Shown: piece by piece, positions 1-9,678 of the stretch
How positions within the stretch are numbered: the first letter of the stretch is position 1
How the letters are laid out: each line of letters opens with the position of its first letter
DNA from: an uncultured Burkholderiales bacterium
GTDB taxonomy: Bacteria > Vulcanimicrobiota > Xenobia > Xenobiales > JADMJV01
DNA length: 64,000 bases
Reading direction: 5' to 3'
Assembly: GCA_964649085.1 (NCBI GenBank)
Contig: CAZYPN010000003.1
Location: 139,076 to 203,075, forward strand
Notes under the pieces: model-generated
Told to the model about the DNA's origin: nothing
Databases searched by the model: none
The model's input: only the letters and a program-made list of their open reading frames with translations
Translations under genes and position numbers: made by a program

Positions 1-578
1 TTGGAACGACTCTACGTCGCGACCCACCTGACGCTGATTGACCAGACACTTTTTGCTCTGGTGAACGAACTCGATGGGGTCTTCTACGGTGATGATGTGG
101 CCTTTGCGGCTCTCATTGATGATGTTGATCAGGGCCGCCATCGTGGAAGATTTGCCCGAACCCGTGGCCCCGGTGACGAGCACGAGGCCTTGATGGAAGT
201 GAGCAAATTTGGCCAGGTCTTCGGGCAGACCCAGGTCGGCCAGAGTGGGCACCTTCGAGGTGATGGCGCGGAAGCACAGGTTGGGACCGTTCTTCTGAAT
301 GTAGGCATTGGCGCGATAGCGGCGCCCTTGTAGTGGACCCGGATCGTCGATGGCCACGCCGAAGTCGATATTCTTCACCTGGGCCAGGCGACGAATATCG
401 TCAACGGCCATGATTTCTTTCATCATCGTGACCAGTTGTGGGGGGGCCAGGATCTGTTCCCCGATGGGGATCATTTCGCCGTAGCGCCGGATCATCGGAA
501 GCGAACCCGAGGCCAGATGCAGGTCGCTGGCATTCTGGTCGTGCATGTACTTGAAATAACCGTCGATATGTCTACTCA
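1..578 (-). CDS. pilT: Type IV pilus retraction ATPase PilT/PilU family, partial. The N-terminus is at 578 (GTG); the C-terminus runs off the window edge.
   Basis: The minus-strand translation reads MSRHIDGYFKYMHDQNASDLHLASGSLPMIRRYGEMIPIGEQ...GLVLVTGATGSGKSSTMAALINIINESRKGHIITVEDPIEFVHQ. It has the Walker A GxTGSGKS and the PilT-type IITVEDPIEF motif. The six-frame track missed it because the ORF is open at the window edge. Confidence 0.8.
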
Positions 579-2597
579 CGTGCTGCCCTTGCTCTCCCCT
601 GATAACTGGTGGGTGGCAAATTCCCGATCTGCGAGCGGAAAACCTTTGCCTTGCAGGCCTCGCAACAGGTAAAGCAACAACCCCCAGCTGGCCAGCCAGG
701 TCCAGGCGGGGAAGGCGGTGTAGTCCAGATGAGAAGCGTGCAGCAACAAGGCCAGTGCGTTGTTGCAAAAGTGCAGCAAGATGCAGGGCAGAATCGAGCC
801 CGTGCGCAGTGCCACGAAAGTCAGCACCATGCCGATGATGGCCGTGGGCAGCAGACGTTGCAATGAAAAGTGGAAGCAACCGAAGAGCAGTCCGACCATA
901 AAGCAGGTGCGAAATCCGGGCTTCTGGTTGTCCCGGGGGCTTGCCCAGCTGTGCAAGAGCACCCCTCGGAAGGCGACTTCTTCGCAAATCGCCGGACTGG
1001 CGGCGATCAACACCAGCAGTTCGCCAGCTGTGGCCGTCTCGGGCAACAGGGTCTCGGTCATCTGGCGCACCATCTCCTCGGAGATGGGAACCATCCAGCT
1101 GCTGAGAATGGCCACAGAATTAGCACAGATGTGCACCAGGGGGGCCAACAGCACAATAACGGCCCAGTTCATCGCCGAGGTGTTGCCCAGGCGTAAAGCC
1201 CGCCTCGCTGGTTGACGATAGAAGCGCAGCAACAATAGGGGCACGAGCAGCATCAGCCCTTGATTGACCAGCACCTGTCCCCTCAGCCCGGCCAGCGTTG
1301 GAAAATTGCCGGGCAGAATGACCATCAGCGCGGCCATGCAGGCATAAAACCAGATGATGTCCTGTCCCAGCTGCAGCCGCCATTGCTCCTGGGGCACATC
1401 ACTTACGGGACGCTCGTCTTCCAGTTCCAGGCGGCGCTCGACCAGCAACAAGAAGAAACCGGTCCAGAGCAGGCTGAACAGGGCGCCGAGCAGGAGCCAG
1501 AAAGGTGAGCCCTCGAGCAACACGCAGTCGCGAATGGCCAGCGAGAGTCCGGCCACTGGCAGCGCCACCACAACGGAAGCCAGCGGCATGCTCTCGAGCC
1601 AGCTCACTCCCGAAAGTGCTGCCACCACCAGCAATGAGGGCATGTACAGCAGCTGTGCCTGTTTGAAAGATGTGGAGTGGGCCGAAATGGCCAGCAGCAA
1701 GGCCGCTACCAGGGCGGCCATGGCCACGCCGAGCAACACCAGCAGCAGGCGGAAGCCGAAGGGGAGTGCGCTGAGTGCACTGCCTCCCAACGATTCCACC
1801 CGCCAGAACACGCCCAGTGCCTGGAGGACACCGAAGGCCAGGCTGACCACCAGCACGCTCAGCCACTTGCCCACGGCGATGTCCCTTCTCGTCAGGGCCG
1901 ACACCAGAACGGTAGCCAGGCTGCCCCGTTCGCGCTCGCCAGCGATAGCGTCCAGGGCGGTGATCGAGCCGGTGCCGAAAAAAATGAAGACCATTAGAAT
2001 GGGCAGAAGGGCGGCCACGATCTGCAATTTTTCTTGCTGCTCGGTGGCCAGGTTGACCGATTCCAGCTTGAGCACGTCTCGGCACACCAGGTGGGTATGT
2101 TGCTCCACATAAAGCTCGCGCAGACTGGTCATGTGCTCGATGATTTCGTCTCGCATGGCGTCGCGGGCTCGCCATGAGCGTTCCCGACCCGAGGTGAAGT
2201 GAATGGTGAAGCGCGGCGTATCGGGCAGCGCACCGCGCAGAGCTCGCGGCGTCAACGTTCCGCCGCTGTTGGCCGATTCTTCGCGGCCCTCTTTTTCACC
2301 GATGGTCAGATAGAGTTCAATCTGCTCATTGCGCAGAGCCTGCAGCGGGTCGCCAGCCAGAGGCAGTTCGCGAAAACGCCCGCTGCGCAAAAGCAGCTGG
2401 CGCAAATCGGCTGGAGCCTTGCCGACGATGGTAAAGAAATAGATGCCGCGGCGTCCGGGCTGGCCCTGTTCTTTGGCTCGCTCGAACGAGCGGGCCACAA
2501 AGGGAGCCAGCACCAGGGGCACAATGACGGCAACCAGCACCAGTTGATGAAGATCGCGCAGCAGGTGGCGCAGCTCGAAGCGGAAGAGGGTCCACAT
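576..2597 (-). CDS. ABC-2 family permease fused to a C-terminal CPBP (CAAX protease/Abi) intramembrane metalloprotease domain
   Basis: I trimmed the 724-aa ORF to the ATG at 2597 (MWTLFRFELRHL...), adjacent to the stop of the upstream ATPase. It is multi-TM. The C-terminus has CPBP motifs EEVAFRG (EExxxR), FGCFHF (FxxxH) and HFCNN (HxxxN). Confidence 0.7.
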   Translation of the reverse strand: MWTLFRFELRHLLRDLHQLVLVAVIVPLVLAPFVARSFERAKEQGQPGRRGIYFFTIVGKAPADLRQLLLRSGRFRELPLAGDPLQALRNEQIELYLTIGEKEGREESANSGGTLTPRALRGALPDTPRFTIHFTSGRERSWRARDAMRDEIIEHMTSLRELYVEQHTHLVCRDVLKLESVNLATEQQEKLQIVAALLPILMVFIFFGTGSITALDAIAGERERGSLATVLVSALTRRDIAVGKWLSVLVVSLAFGVLQALGVFWRVESLGGSALSALPFGFRLLLVLLGVAMAALVAALLLAISAHSTSFKQAQLLYMPSLLVVAALSGVSWLESMPLASVVVALPVAGLSLAIRDCVLLEGSPFWLLLGALFSLLWTGFFLLLVERRLELEDERPVSDVPQEQWRLQLGQDIIWFYACMAALMVILPGNFPTLAGLRGQVLVNQGLMLLVPLLLLRFYRQPARRALRLGNTSAMNWAVIVLLAPLVHICANSVAILSSWMVPISEEMVRQMTETLLPETATAGELLVLIAASPAICEEVAFRGVLLHSWASPRDNQKPGFRTCFMVGLLFGCFHFSLQRLLPTAIIGMVLTFVALRTGSILPCILLHFCNNALALLLHASHLDYTAFPAWTWLASWGLLLYLLRGLQGKGFPLADREFATHQLSGESKGST

Positions 2598-2598
2598 C

Positions 2599-3351
2599 CT
2601 ACGTTCCCAACGGTTGGGACAGATAGTGAACGAAAATGTCCTCAAGGTAGTGAAGCTCGGTGGCGGCTCGCAATTCTTCCAGGGTTCCCTGAGCCAGCAA
2701 ACAGCCTCTGTTGACGATGGCAATTCGATCGCAGAGTTTCTCGGCTTCACTCATGATGTGGGTAGAAAGAATAATGGTCTTGCCCTGCTCTCGCAGCAGC
2801 TTCAGGCTGGTCTGAAAGTCCAGCGCCGCAATGACGTCCAGTCCCACGGTAGGCTCGTCGAAGATCAACACGGGCGGATCGTGGGCGATGGTGCGAGCGA
2901 TGGACACTTTTTGTTTCATGCCCGAGGAAAGTTTCTCCACCCGGGCCTTCTGATAGTCGCCGAGCTGAAACTGCTCTACCAGTTGATCCAGTCGTGCTTC
3001 CAACAAAGCTTTGGGGTAGCCGTTCACGAGCGCAAAAAATTCCAGGGTTTCCAAGACGCTGAGTCTGGGATAGAGGCCGGTTGAGGAAGAGTAGAAGCCC
3101 AGGCTCTGGCGAACCTGGTGAGGCTGCTTCTCCACGTCGAAGTCCAGAATATAGGCTTTTCCTGAGGTTGGGGGAAGCAGCGTGGCCAACATCTTCAGCG
3201 TGGTGGTTTTGCCGGCCCCGTTGGCCCCCAGCAGACCGTAAATTTCGCCGGGATGACATTGGAACGAGATCCCCTTGACGGCTTCCAGGTCGCCGCGGCC
3301 CTCGTCTCGATAGACCTTGCGCAGTTGTTCCACTCGTACGGGGACGGTCAT
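2599..3351 (-). CDS. ABC transporter ATP-binding protein
   Basis: Start is at [14 protein letters not shown] (ATG 3351). Walker [21 protein letters not shown] signature [15 protein letters not shown], Walker [13 protein letters not shown]. It overlaps the upstream permease stop by 4 nt (ATGA). Confidence 0.9.
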   Translation of the reverse strand: MTVPVRVEQLRKVYRDEGRGDLEAVKGISFQCHPGEIYGLLGANGAGKTTTLKMLATLLPPTSGKAYILDFDVEKQPHQVRQSLGFYSSSTGLYPRLSVLETLEFFALVNGYPKALLEARLDQLVEQFQLGDYQKARVEKLSSGMKQKVSIARTIAHDPPVLIFDEPTVGLDVIAALDFQTSLKLLREQGKTIILSTHIMSEAEKLCDRIAIVNRGCLLAQGTLEELRAATELHYLEDIFVHYLSQPLGT

Positions 3352-4526
3352 GATTTCGCTGCCGGCTTTCCGTCCAGCAGCCCCAGGCCCCTGCTCTGAA
3401 TTCGCAATCGCCAACTGAGCAGTCCCAGGCAGACCAAGACCCAGGCCAATGAACAGACCACCGTGGCCACAGCCACCCCGGGGGACACCCTGGAGGTCAG
3501 GGAATCGCGCCAGAGCAGGGCAATGTTCACGACCGGCACCCAGCAGGTCGACACATCCAGGGTCATGCTGCGGTCTACCAGCGCACCGGTGGGAATTAGA
3601 ATGGCCAGGAACAACGGGGTGGTGGCGGCCTGGCCCTGACGGAAGGTGCGGGTATGGGCCGTAAAGAGCAGCGTGGCGGCTCCGACCAGCATGCTCATCA
3701 CCACGATGCCCAGCCCTATGGTGCTCAGGCTGGAAATCGACCATCCCCACTGTACTCGTTCAGCAATAACGGCATCCAATGGCTGCAAAATGGCCCTCAG
3801 CGAGACGGTTACCGCCAGTAAATTGCAACATCCCGAAAGGCAGCAAAGGCTTACCACCAGCAGATATTTTGAGGCGATGATCTGCCAGCGCGAAACCGCC
3901 AGCATGAGGGTGGTGTCCACGGTTTGACGTTCGTGTTCTCCGGCAAAGGTCTCCACCGCAGGATACAGGCTTCCCAGGCTGAGCACCACCAGCAGGGTCA
4001 GGGGTAGAAACGTGCCCAGCACATAACGCCCCAGGTCGTTGGCGTTGCTTTCATCGCTGGAGTCGAAATAGTAGGGCTGCAGGTCCTCCATACGAGCCCC
4101 GTTCTCCAGCGCCAGGGACTCGATGCGCACGTCCCGGTAGCGGGCCATCAGGGGGCGAATCCGTGAATGGGCGCGGGCTCCCTGGCGAAATCGTCCATCA
4201 AAAAAGATGCGAATCTTGTCGAGTTTGTCGATTTCCACCACCGCGTCTACCCGGGCCTCGCGCAGGTCTTGCTCGAGGTTTTGGCTGTCGACCACGGTGA
4301 TCTGATGCCGGGCCAGCGAGCGAGCCAGGGCTGGCTCGGCCGGCCGCAGGGCGACTCTCAGTGGGCTGCGTTCTTCCTCGGCGCTGAGCAGACTGGCCGT
4401 AGACATTGCCAGCCAGAGTAAAAAAGGGTAAAGCAGCAGCGGTACGACCAGCACGTACAGCAGCACATTGCGCTCCCGCAGGGTGGTACGCATTTCCCTG
4501 AGGTATAGAAGCCACAACTGGGACAT
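3348..4526 (-). CDS. ABC-2 type transporter permease with a large extracytoplasmic loop
   Basis: Start MSQLWLLYLREMRTTL (ATG 4526). One N-terminal TM, a long loop, then 5 C-terminal TMs. It is the first gene of a permease-ATPase-permease/CPBP operon. Confidence 0.7.
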   Translation of the reverse strand: MSQLWLLYLREMRTTLRERNVLLYVLVVPLLLYPFLLWLAMSTASLLSAEEERSPLRVALRPAEPALARSLARHQITVVDSQNLEQDLREARVDAVVEIDKLDKIRIFFDGRFRQGARAHSRIRPLMARYRDVRIESLALENGARMEDLQPYYFDSSDESNANDLGRYVLGTFLPLTLLVVLSLGSLYPAVETFAGEHERQTVDTTLMLAVSRWQIIASKYLLVVSLCCLSGCCNLLAVTVSLRAILQPLDAVIAERVQWGWSISSLSTIGLGIVVMSMLVGAATLLFTAHTRTFRQGQAATTPLFLAILIPTGALVDRSMTLDVSTCWVPVVNIALLWRDSLTSRVSPGVAVATVVCSLAWVLVCLGLLSWRLRIQSRGLGLLDGKPAAKS

Positions 4527-4654
4527 CGCAGCCCCTTCCACACCCCCCCTGGACTGCCTGTCGAGCCCGGCAGGCGAACTGCCACTCGTTGGGAACATTG
4601 GAAAAGAAGCAGACAGGCGTTTTTCGCTCGCCTGAAAGGGGCACAACAGCGTTC

Positions 4655-6454
4655 ATGTCAGACTCTCCCGAGCAGCCCGAACTCGATCCGGAAAAGGTCA
4701 AGGACCAGGACAAGTCCGAGAGCGAGAGCGAGGAAGAAGAGCCCGTTCGTCCGGCCCGACGTCGCTCCAGTCGAACGCCCGCCAGTCCGGGCGAGGAGAG
4801 CTTTGCTATTCAGTTTGGCAGCAACCTGTACCCGCTGAATCAGGCCATGATCCGACAGATCTTGTGGTTGGGGAAGAATCTTTTTGCCCGCAGTGGCCTG
4901 CTGTTGCCACCCCTGCAACTGACGCCGAACCCGAACCAGAGCGCCAATCTGTACACGGTCAATTTCCTGGCCCAGGAGGTCGGGCGATTCGCCGTGCCTC
5001 ATCAGGCGTTCTTGGTGCTCGGCGAAGAGGAGGAGTTGCGCAAGATCGAACCCAATGCTGCCCTCAATCCCCATCCGCTGACCTTTGAACGGATGGTTTG
5101 GGTATTCTCCGGTGCCGTTCATAAGGTGTTCCAACACGACCTGTTCGCCATCAGTCACCTGGAATTTCTGGCCTACTTCACCAACTGGCTATTTCACAAG
5201 AACTATGTGGCTTTCTTTACGGTTCAGCGCTGCCAGCAGTCGATCCTGGCCCTCACCGAGCACGTCCCCACTTTGGCTCCGCTACGCGGCTTTTTTCTCA
5301 AAGAGGTCAACAATATCTGGCGCCTCTGTCTGGAGTTGTTACGCAAACGGGGCAGTATGCGCAACCTGCCGCGCATCCTGCGCGAGTATCATCAGCAACG
5401 CACCCAGGAGCCTCAGCAGACTCTGGTAGAGGCCTATAAAGTGTTGCTCAAGCGCCTGAGTAAGCGGCCCGATGAGCTGGAAGAGTCGCCCTCCGACCTG
5501 AGCAGCCCCGAGTTCCGGCGGCTCGCTTCGGGCTTGATCTATATGCACGCCAGTCAGGCCGGCTGGTCCGAGCAACTGGCCAACCGGCTTACCGAGGCCG
5601 AAATCAATCAATTGCTGGAAACCCTGGTCGACATCGCGGGGGTGACCCCGGGCGCCAAGGTGCCGCTGACCCTGGAAGTCATTTCCCGCCTGGACGCCGT
5701 GTTCATGGGTCGCACCCCCCAGGACTATTTCGAGTTTTTGCGGCAACTTCTGGACGGCCGCTCGGTAGACAGCGCCCCGCTCAACGCGGTCGACCGGCTG
5801 GCCCTGCTGATCCTCAGTCTGCCTCAAGGCTGTGCCCCCGACCCCGAGGACCTGGAGTTTCTCCGAGCCGCCGAGAAAAAGACGCTGCTGGGGCGCATCG
5901 CGTTCCTGACGTTCCACCACTACTATGGAACGTTCGAGCACGGCCCACCCACCAAGCACCTGCTGGACATCCGCGATCAGGTGCTGGTGGATTTCCTCGA
6001 CTTTGTGGCCTTCCAGCAAAGGCCCGGCTGGCAGGTGCCGGGCGAGTCGCTGCAGAGCCTGGTGAACCAGTGGGCCCATCAAGCACCCGAGCGTTTTGCG
6101 GTGATGTGCCTGCGCTACTACTTTCACGCCCTCGACCCCTGGACACGCCTGGCCGAAGCCGCCCGCACCTGCCCTCGCCGGGTGCATCGGGCCCTGCGCC
6201 AGTATTTCCTGGAATGCGCTCGCGGGGGTCAGGAACCCCAGCGGATTGCTCCCTGGCGCCGCGGCGCTCACCTGCTTTCCTGCCTCAGCGAAGAGAACAG
6301 CGTGAAGATCGGCTACCTGCTCGAAGCTCAGGGTGCCTGGATCCGCCGGGTCGAGCCGCCCACAGTCGAGCAACAAACGCTGGTCATGCAAGAGTTTGCC
6401 CAGCGCTTCTGGCCCTATCGCAAACAGGTCGATGTTACGGCGTGCTGGCAGTAA
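4655..6454 (+). CDS. Hypothetical protein with an acidic, Ser/Glu-rich N-terminus
   Basis: A long ORF (599 aa from ATG 4655, MSDSPEQPELDPEK...SESESEEEEP). I recognise no catalytic motif. It is divergent from the ABC operon and convergent with tdk. Confidence 0.45.
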   Translation: MSDSPEQPELDPEKVKDQDKSESESEEEEPVRPARRRSSRTPASPGEESFAIQFGSNLYPLNQAMIRQILWLGKNLFARSGLLLPPLQLTPNPNQSANLYTVNFLAQEVGRFAVPHQAFLVLGEEEELRKIEPNAALNPHPLTFERMVWVFSGAVHKVFQHDLFAISHLEFLAYFTNWLFHKNYVAFFTVQRCQQSILALTEHVPTLAPLRGFFLKEVNNIWRLCLELLRKRGSMRNLPRILREYHQQRTQEPQQTLVEAYKVLLKRLSKRPDELEESPSDLSSPEFRRLASGLIYMHASQAGWSEQLANRLTEAEINQLLETLVDIAGVTPGAKVPLTLEVISRLDAVFMGRTPQDYFEFLRQLLDGRSVDSAPLNAVDRLALLILSLPQGCAPDPEDLEFLRAAEKKTLLGRIAFLTFHHYYGTFEHGPPTKHLLDIRDQVLVDFLDFVAFQQRPGWQVPGESLQSLVNQWAHQAPERFAVMCLRYYFHALDPWTRLAEAARTCPRRVHRALRQYFLECARGGQEPQRIAPWRRGAHLLSCLSEENSVKIGYLLEAQGAWIRRVEPPTVEQQTLVMQEFAQRFWPYRKQVDVTACWQ

Positions 6455-7031
6455 GTTCTCGAGCCGCGCTGATCCGGGTGTGGTAGCAGGGGTAGCAGGT
6501 CGGCGAATAGCAGGTGTCGGCCCCCAGTAGCAGGGTAGGCCCATCGAGCAGGGCCCGGCCCTCGGAATCGTGGCGAAGGTTGAATACTGCTTTGCGGTTA
6601 CAGAACTTGCAGGTGGTTTTGATTTCTTCGATGCTGTCGGCAAGTTCCATCAGGCGCCTGGAGCCCTCGAACAGCTGGCAGCGAAAGTCGGTGCGCAAGC
6701 CGTAGGCGATTACGGGAATATTGTGCAGCCAGGTCAGTTCGCGCAAGTAGTCCACCATGGCCGCGGTAAGAAACTGGCACTCGTCCACCAGAATGCAGTG
6801 CAGTCCCTCCAGATCGTTGGCCTGGAGCCGGTCGCCCGGTTCCAGCAGATAGTCGGCCGGGTGTTCCAGGCCGGCCCGTGAACGCACGGTGTCGTGGCCG
6901 AAACGGATGTCGACCGCCGGCTTCAACAGCAGCACGCGCTTGCCCTGAACTTCATAGTTGTGGCGCACGGCCAGCAGGTTGAGGGTCTTGGCGCTGCCCA
7001 TGGCGCCATAGCGGAAATATAGTTTGGCCAT
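6435..7031 (-). CDS. tdk: Thymidine kinase
   Basis: MAKLYFRYGAMGSAKTLNLL (P-loop), VLLLKPAVDIRFG, ILVDECQFL, and the C-terminal Zn ribbon CKFCNRKAVFNLR...CYPCY. Start ATG at 7031. Confidence 0.9.
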   Translation of the reverse strand: MAKLYFRYGAMGSAKTLNLLAVRHNYEVQGKRVLLLKPAVDIRFGHDTVRSRAGLEHPADYLLEPGDRLQANDLEGLHCILVDECQFLTAAMVDYLRELTWLHNIPVIAYGLRTDFRCQLFEGSRRLMELADSIEEIKTTCKFCNRKAVFNLRHDSEGRALLDGPTLLLGADTCYSPTCYPCYHTRISAARELTASTP

Positions 7032-7072
7032 GACCGGTCGTTCGTAGCTGCCCAGGGGCTTCCTCGAGAAAG

Positions 7073-8044
7073 TCAGTTCGCCCCGGCCGGCTGAAGCAAG
7101 CGTTGAGCAAAGGCCGTGGCCAGGGGGCTCAGGTCGTGGCGGTGGGCCAACCATTCGCCCTCGACGCGGTCCAGAGCCTGGTTCGCCCCCAGCGAGCTGC
7201 TGTAGTGTTGCAGCAAACGCTCGGCCACCAGCACCATGCTCAGTTGTGCCAGCACCGAGGGACCCCACCACAGGGTTTTCCGTTCCAGCACGTGGGTCAG
7301 ATAGCGCACGCTTTCGGGCTGCTGCCCGGCGGTCATCTGGCCGGCGTGCTGGCGGGCAAAGTCCTCGAGTTGCTCCCAGGCCAGACCTTCGAGAAACCCG
7401 CGCGAGGCCGCTGCCAGATGAGCCAGTTGGGCGTCGAGCAAGGGCTCAGGCCAGAAGTAGGGCAGGTGGGCTTCCAGTTCGGGCTGGCAGGCCTGCCACA
7501 GCGGAAGTGTCTCCAGGCGCTGAATCCAGCGGGCCTCCCAGCCCAGATAGGTCGACCAGTCCAGTTTCAGGTTGCCAAAGGGCTCGGCCTGATAGCCGAT
7601 TTTCGGGTATTGGCCGCTGTGCCAAAGGTTGCTGAGGACTTCCTTGTGCTCGCTCCAGGGTACATCACTGGGATTGAGCTGCTTTACCGCTGTGCAGCGG
7701 AACGACAGCCCTACTTGAACCCCGGAGGGCGTATCGTAGAGGAAAAACGGGAACTGTCGGCAGGCTCGTGGTTTCCCTTGCCAGCCTCTATCGCGATGCA
7801 ACTCGCAGAGCGCGTCCTGACCGAGAAAATGACAGCGCCCCTGAGCGTCGTGCAGCAGATGGGCTCCCTCGGCCGATTCTTCCAGCGGTGACCGGCCCGC
7901 CACCTCCAGTTCCAGACTGAGTCGATGGCTACGAATGGCGGGTACGAGCTCGGGTTCTACCCAGATCCTCCATTGCCCACAGCTTTTGCCGCAGCGAATA
8001 CAGGCATACTCAAGCTGCGGGAAGCGCCAGACGGGTTCGTCCAT
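7073..8044 (-). CDS. YkgJ/UPF0153-type Cys-cluster (putative Fe-S/Zn) domain protein
   Basis: CIRCGKSCGQW...CHFLGQDALCELHRDRG...CRQFPF matches the CxxCxxCC pattern. Start taken at MDEPVWRF. Confidence 0.45.
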   Translation of the reverse strand: MDEPVWRFPQLEYACIRCGKSCGQWRIWVEPELVPAIRSHRLSLELEVAGRSPLEESAEGAHLLHDAQGRCHFLGQDALCELHRDRGWQGKPRACRQFPFFLYDTPSGVQVGLSFRCTAVKQLNPSDVPWSEHKEVLSNLWHSGQYPKIGYQAEPFGNLKLDWSTYLGWEARWIQRLETLPLWQACQPELEAHLPYFWPEPLLDAQLAHLAAASRGFLEGLAWEQLEDFARQHAGQMTAGQQPESVRYLTHVLERKTLWWGPSVLAQLSMVLVAERLLQHYSSSLGANQALDRVEGEWLAHRHDLSPLATAFAQRLLQPAGAN

Positions 8045-8116
8045 CCCCCGAGGTTCGAGTTGCAAACCGCTGTTACCTGGGGTTTAAACTTGCGCTTGCG
8101 AGACCATGGTGGAGGG

Positions 8117-8875
8117 ATGGACAGTCAAACCAATCCGGGTCGAGAGGCCGCTCTGGCCGAGGTCGAGCGAGCCGCCGGTCACTATTACCACACCCCTTTG
8201 CAATTGGGAATCGACAATCGCACCAAGGCGTTTGTCATCGAGAAATGTCGCCCTCACGTTCGGGGACCGCGTGTGCTGGAGTTCGGCTACGTCGACGGCC
8301 TTTGGACCGACGTGTTGCTGGGGCTGGGCTTCGAAGTCGAGATCGTCGAAGGTGCCCAACGCCACGTGAACCACGCTCGTGAGCGTTATGCCGGCAACCC
8401 GTCGGTCAGGGTGCACCACGCCTTGTTTGAAGAGTTTCACCCTCAGGGGCACTTCGATACGGTGGTGTGTGGCGACATGTTGCGCTACCTGGAACATCCC
8501 GTAGAGTTTCTGCGACGCTGTGGCGGCTGGCTCAACCCCGGAGGGCGCCTGATTGCTACCGTGCCCAACAGTCGCTCACTGCATCGCAGGGTGGGCGCTT
8601 TCATGCAGATGGAGTCGCGACCTACCGAGGCCAACCAGCGCGACCTGGAAGTGGGCAATCGGCGCAGTTATGATCGCTACGAGCTTCGCCACGAGTTGCA
8701 GTCGGCCGGGTTCCGCGTGACGGAGGTTCGGGGCTGCTTTCTCAAGCCGCTTTCCAGTGCCCAGATGGCCGACTGGAACGACGAGATGTTGCGGGCCTTT
8801 TTGCACGTGGGGGAGGAACTGGAAGACTACAGCTGGTTTCTCTATGCCGTTGCCGAACCCCGGGGGCTGGCTTGA
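8117..8875 (+). CDS. Class I SAM-dependent methyltransferase
   Basis: VLEFGYVDGLWTDVLLGLGFEVEIVEG (the motif-I GxGxG region) and WLNPGGRLIATVPN (motif III). Start ATG 8117 (MDSQTNPG). Confidence 0.65.
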   Translation: MDSQTNPGREAALAEVERAAGHYYHTPLQLGIDNRTKAFVIEKCRPHVRGPRVLEFGYVDGLWTDVLLGLGFEVEIVEGAQRHVNHARERYAGNPSVRVHHALFEEFHPQGHFDTVVCGDMLRYLEHPVEFLRRCGGWLNPGGRLIATVPNSRSLHRRVGAFMQMESRPTEANQRDLEVGNRRSYDRYELRHELQSAGFRVTEVRGCFLKPLSSAQMADWNDEMLRAFLHVGEELEDYSWFLYAVAEPRGLA

Positions 8876-9678
8876 GTCTGGCTGAGCTGCTGGAGAGGCT
8901 GGGGGTCTTGCCCGGCTCGCTGGTCTATCTACACACCTCGTTCAGCCGAATGGCCTACCTCGGGCTGGAACCAGCCGCCTTCATCGACCGGTTTCTAAGC
9001 TATCTCGGGCCCCAGGGCACGCTGGTCATGCCCAGCTTCAGCTGGAATTTGGACCGGTCGGCCCGACCCTGGGTAGGCTATCGGCGCTACTTTGAGAGCC
9101 GTCCCGAGTTTGACGTGCTGCGCACCCCTGCCAATATTGGAGTGCTTCCCGAGGTCTTTCGCCAGCTTGCCGGCACCCACCGCAGCCTGTCCTACTGGTG
9201 GTCGGTGGCGGCCGTTGGGGCACTGGCCGAGGTCATTACGGCCAACCAGTTGCAGGTCGAGCACCCCTATGGCCCGGACTCGTCGTTCGACCTGCTGCGA
9301 CAGCACAATGTGGTTCTGGTGGGCCTGGGAGTCACTCTGAATACCACCAGTCTGGCCTTTGTGCCCGATTACAGCCTGAACCATCGCAGTTTCTTAAGTC
9401 CACAGATGCAGGAAGGGGTGGTGGTCGATGCCCGAGGAGTTCGCCACGCCAGCCATTCTTACTGGGTGCTGCCCGAGGCTGTCCAGCGCGTGAAGCCCGA
9501 GACGGTTTTTCAGCGTTCGGCCGAGCTCAGGTCGCGGTTGCGCCGCCACGACCGAGGGGACATCATTCAGTTCGCTTATCCCTACGCCGCCTATCACAAG
9601 GAAGCGATACGTCTGGGGCAGGAGGCCCTGGCCGAGGGTCGCCCCGTGCCCTGGCTGGAAGGCCTGCAACTGCCATGA
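8872..9678 (+). CDS. AAC(3)-family (Antibiotic_NAT fold) N-acetyltransferase
   Basis: A TTG start overlaps the methyltransferase stop. LGVLPGSLVYLHTSFSRM...GPQGTLVMPSFSW parallels the AAC(3) LGV..GD.LMVHASL...GP.GT.VMP..SW pattern. The central NVVLVGLGVTLNTTSLAF parallels ALLLGAPLNSVTALHYAE. Confidence 0.6.
   Translation: MSLAELLERLGVLPGSLVYLHTSFSRMAYLGLEPAAFIDRFLSYLGPQGTLVMPSFSWNLDRSARPWVGYRRYFESRPEFDVLRTPANIGVLPEVFRQLAGTHRSLSYWWSVAAVGALAEVITANQLQVEHPYGPDSSFDLLRQHNVVLVGLGVTLNTTSLAFVPDYSLNHRSFLSPQMQEGVVVDARGVRHASHSYWVLPEAVQRVKPETVFQRSAELRSRLRRHDRGDIIQFAYPYAAYHKEAIRLGQEALAEGRPVPWLEGLQLP

Noticed and set aside
1-333. Listed + strand 110-aa ORF
   Set aside because: It is the antisense shadow of the pilT fragment, whose minus-strand translation has Walker A and PilT motifs. 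Its composition is not protein-like.
609-2175. Several overlapping + and - ORFs (85-258 aa) inside the permease-CPBP gene
   Set aside because: They are Arg/Pro/Gly-rich alternative-frame ORFs, typical of high-GC DNA. The minus-strand frame carries the coherent TM and CPBP motifs.
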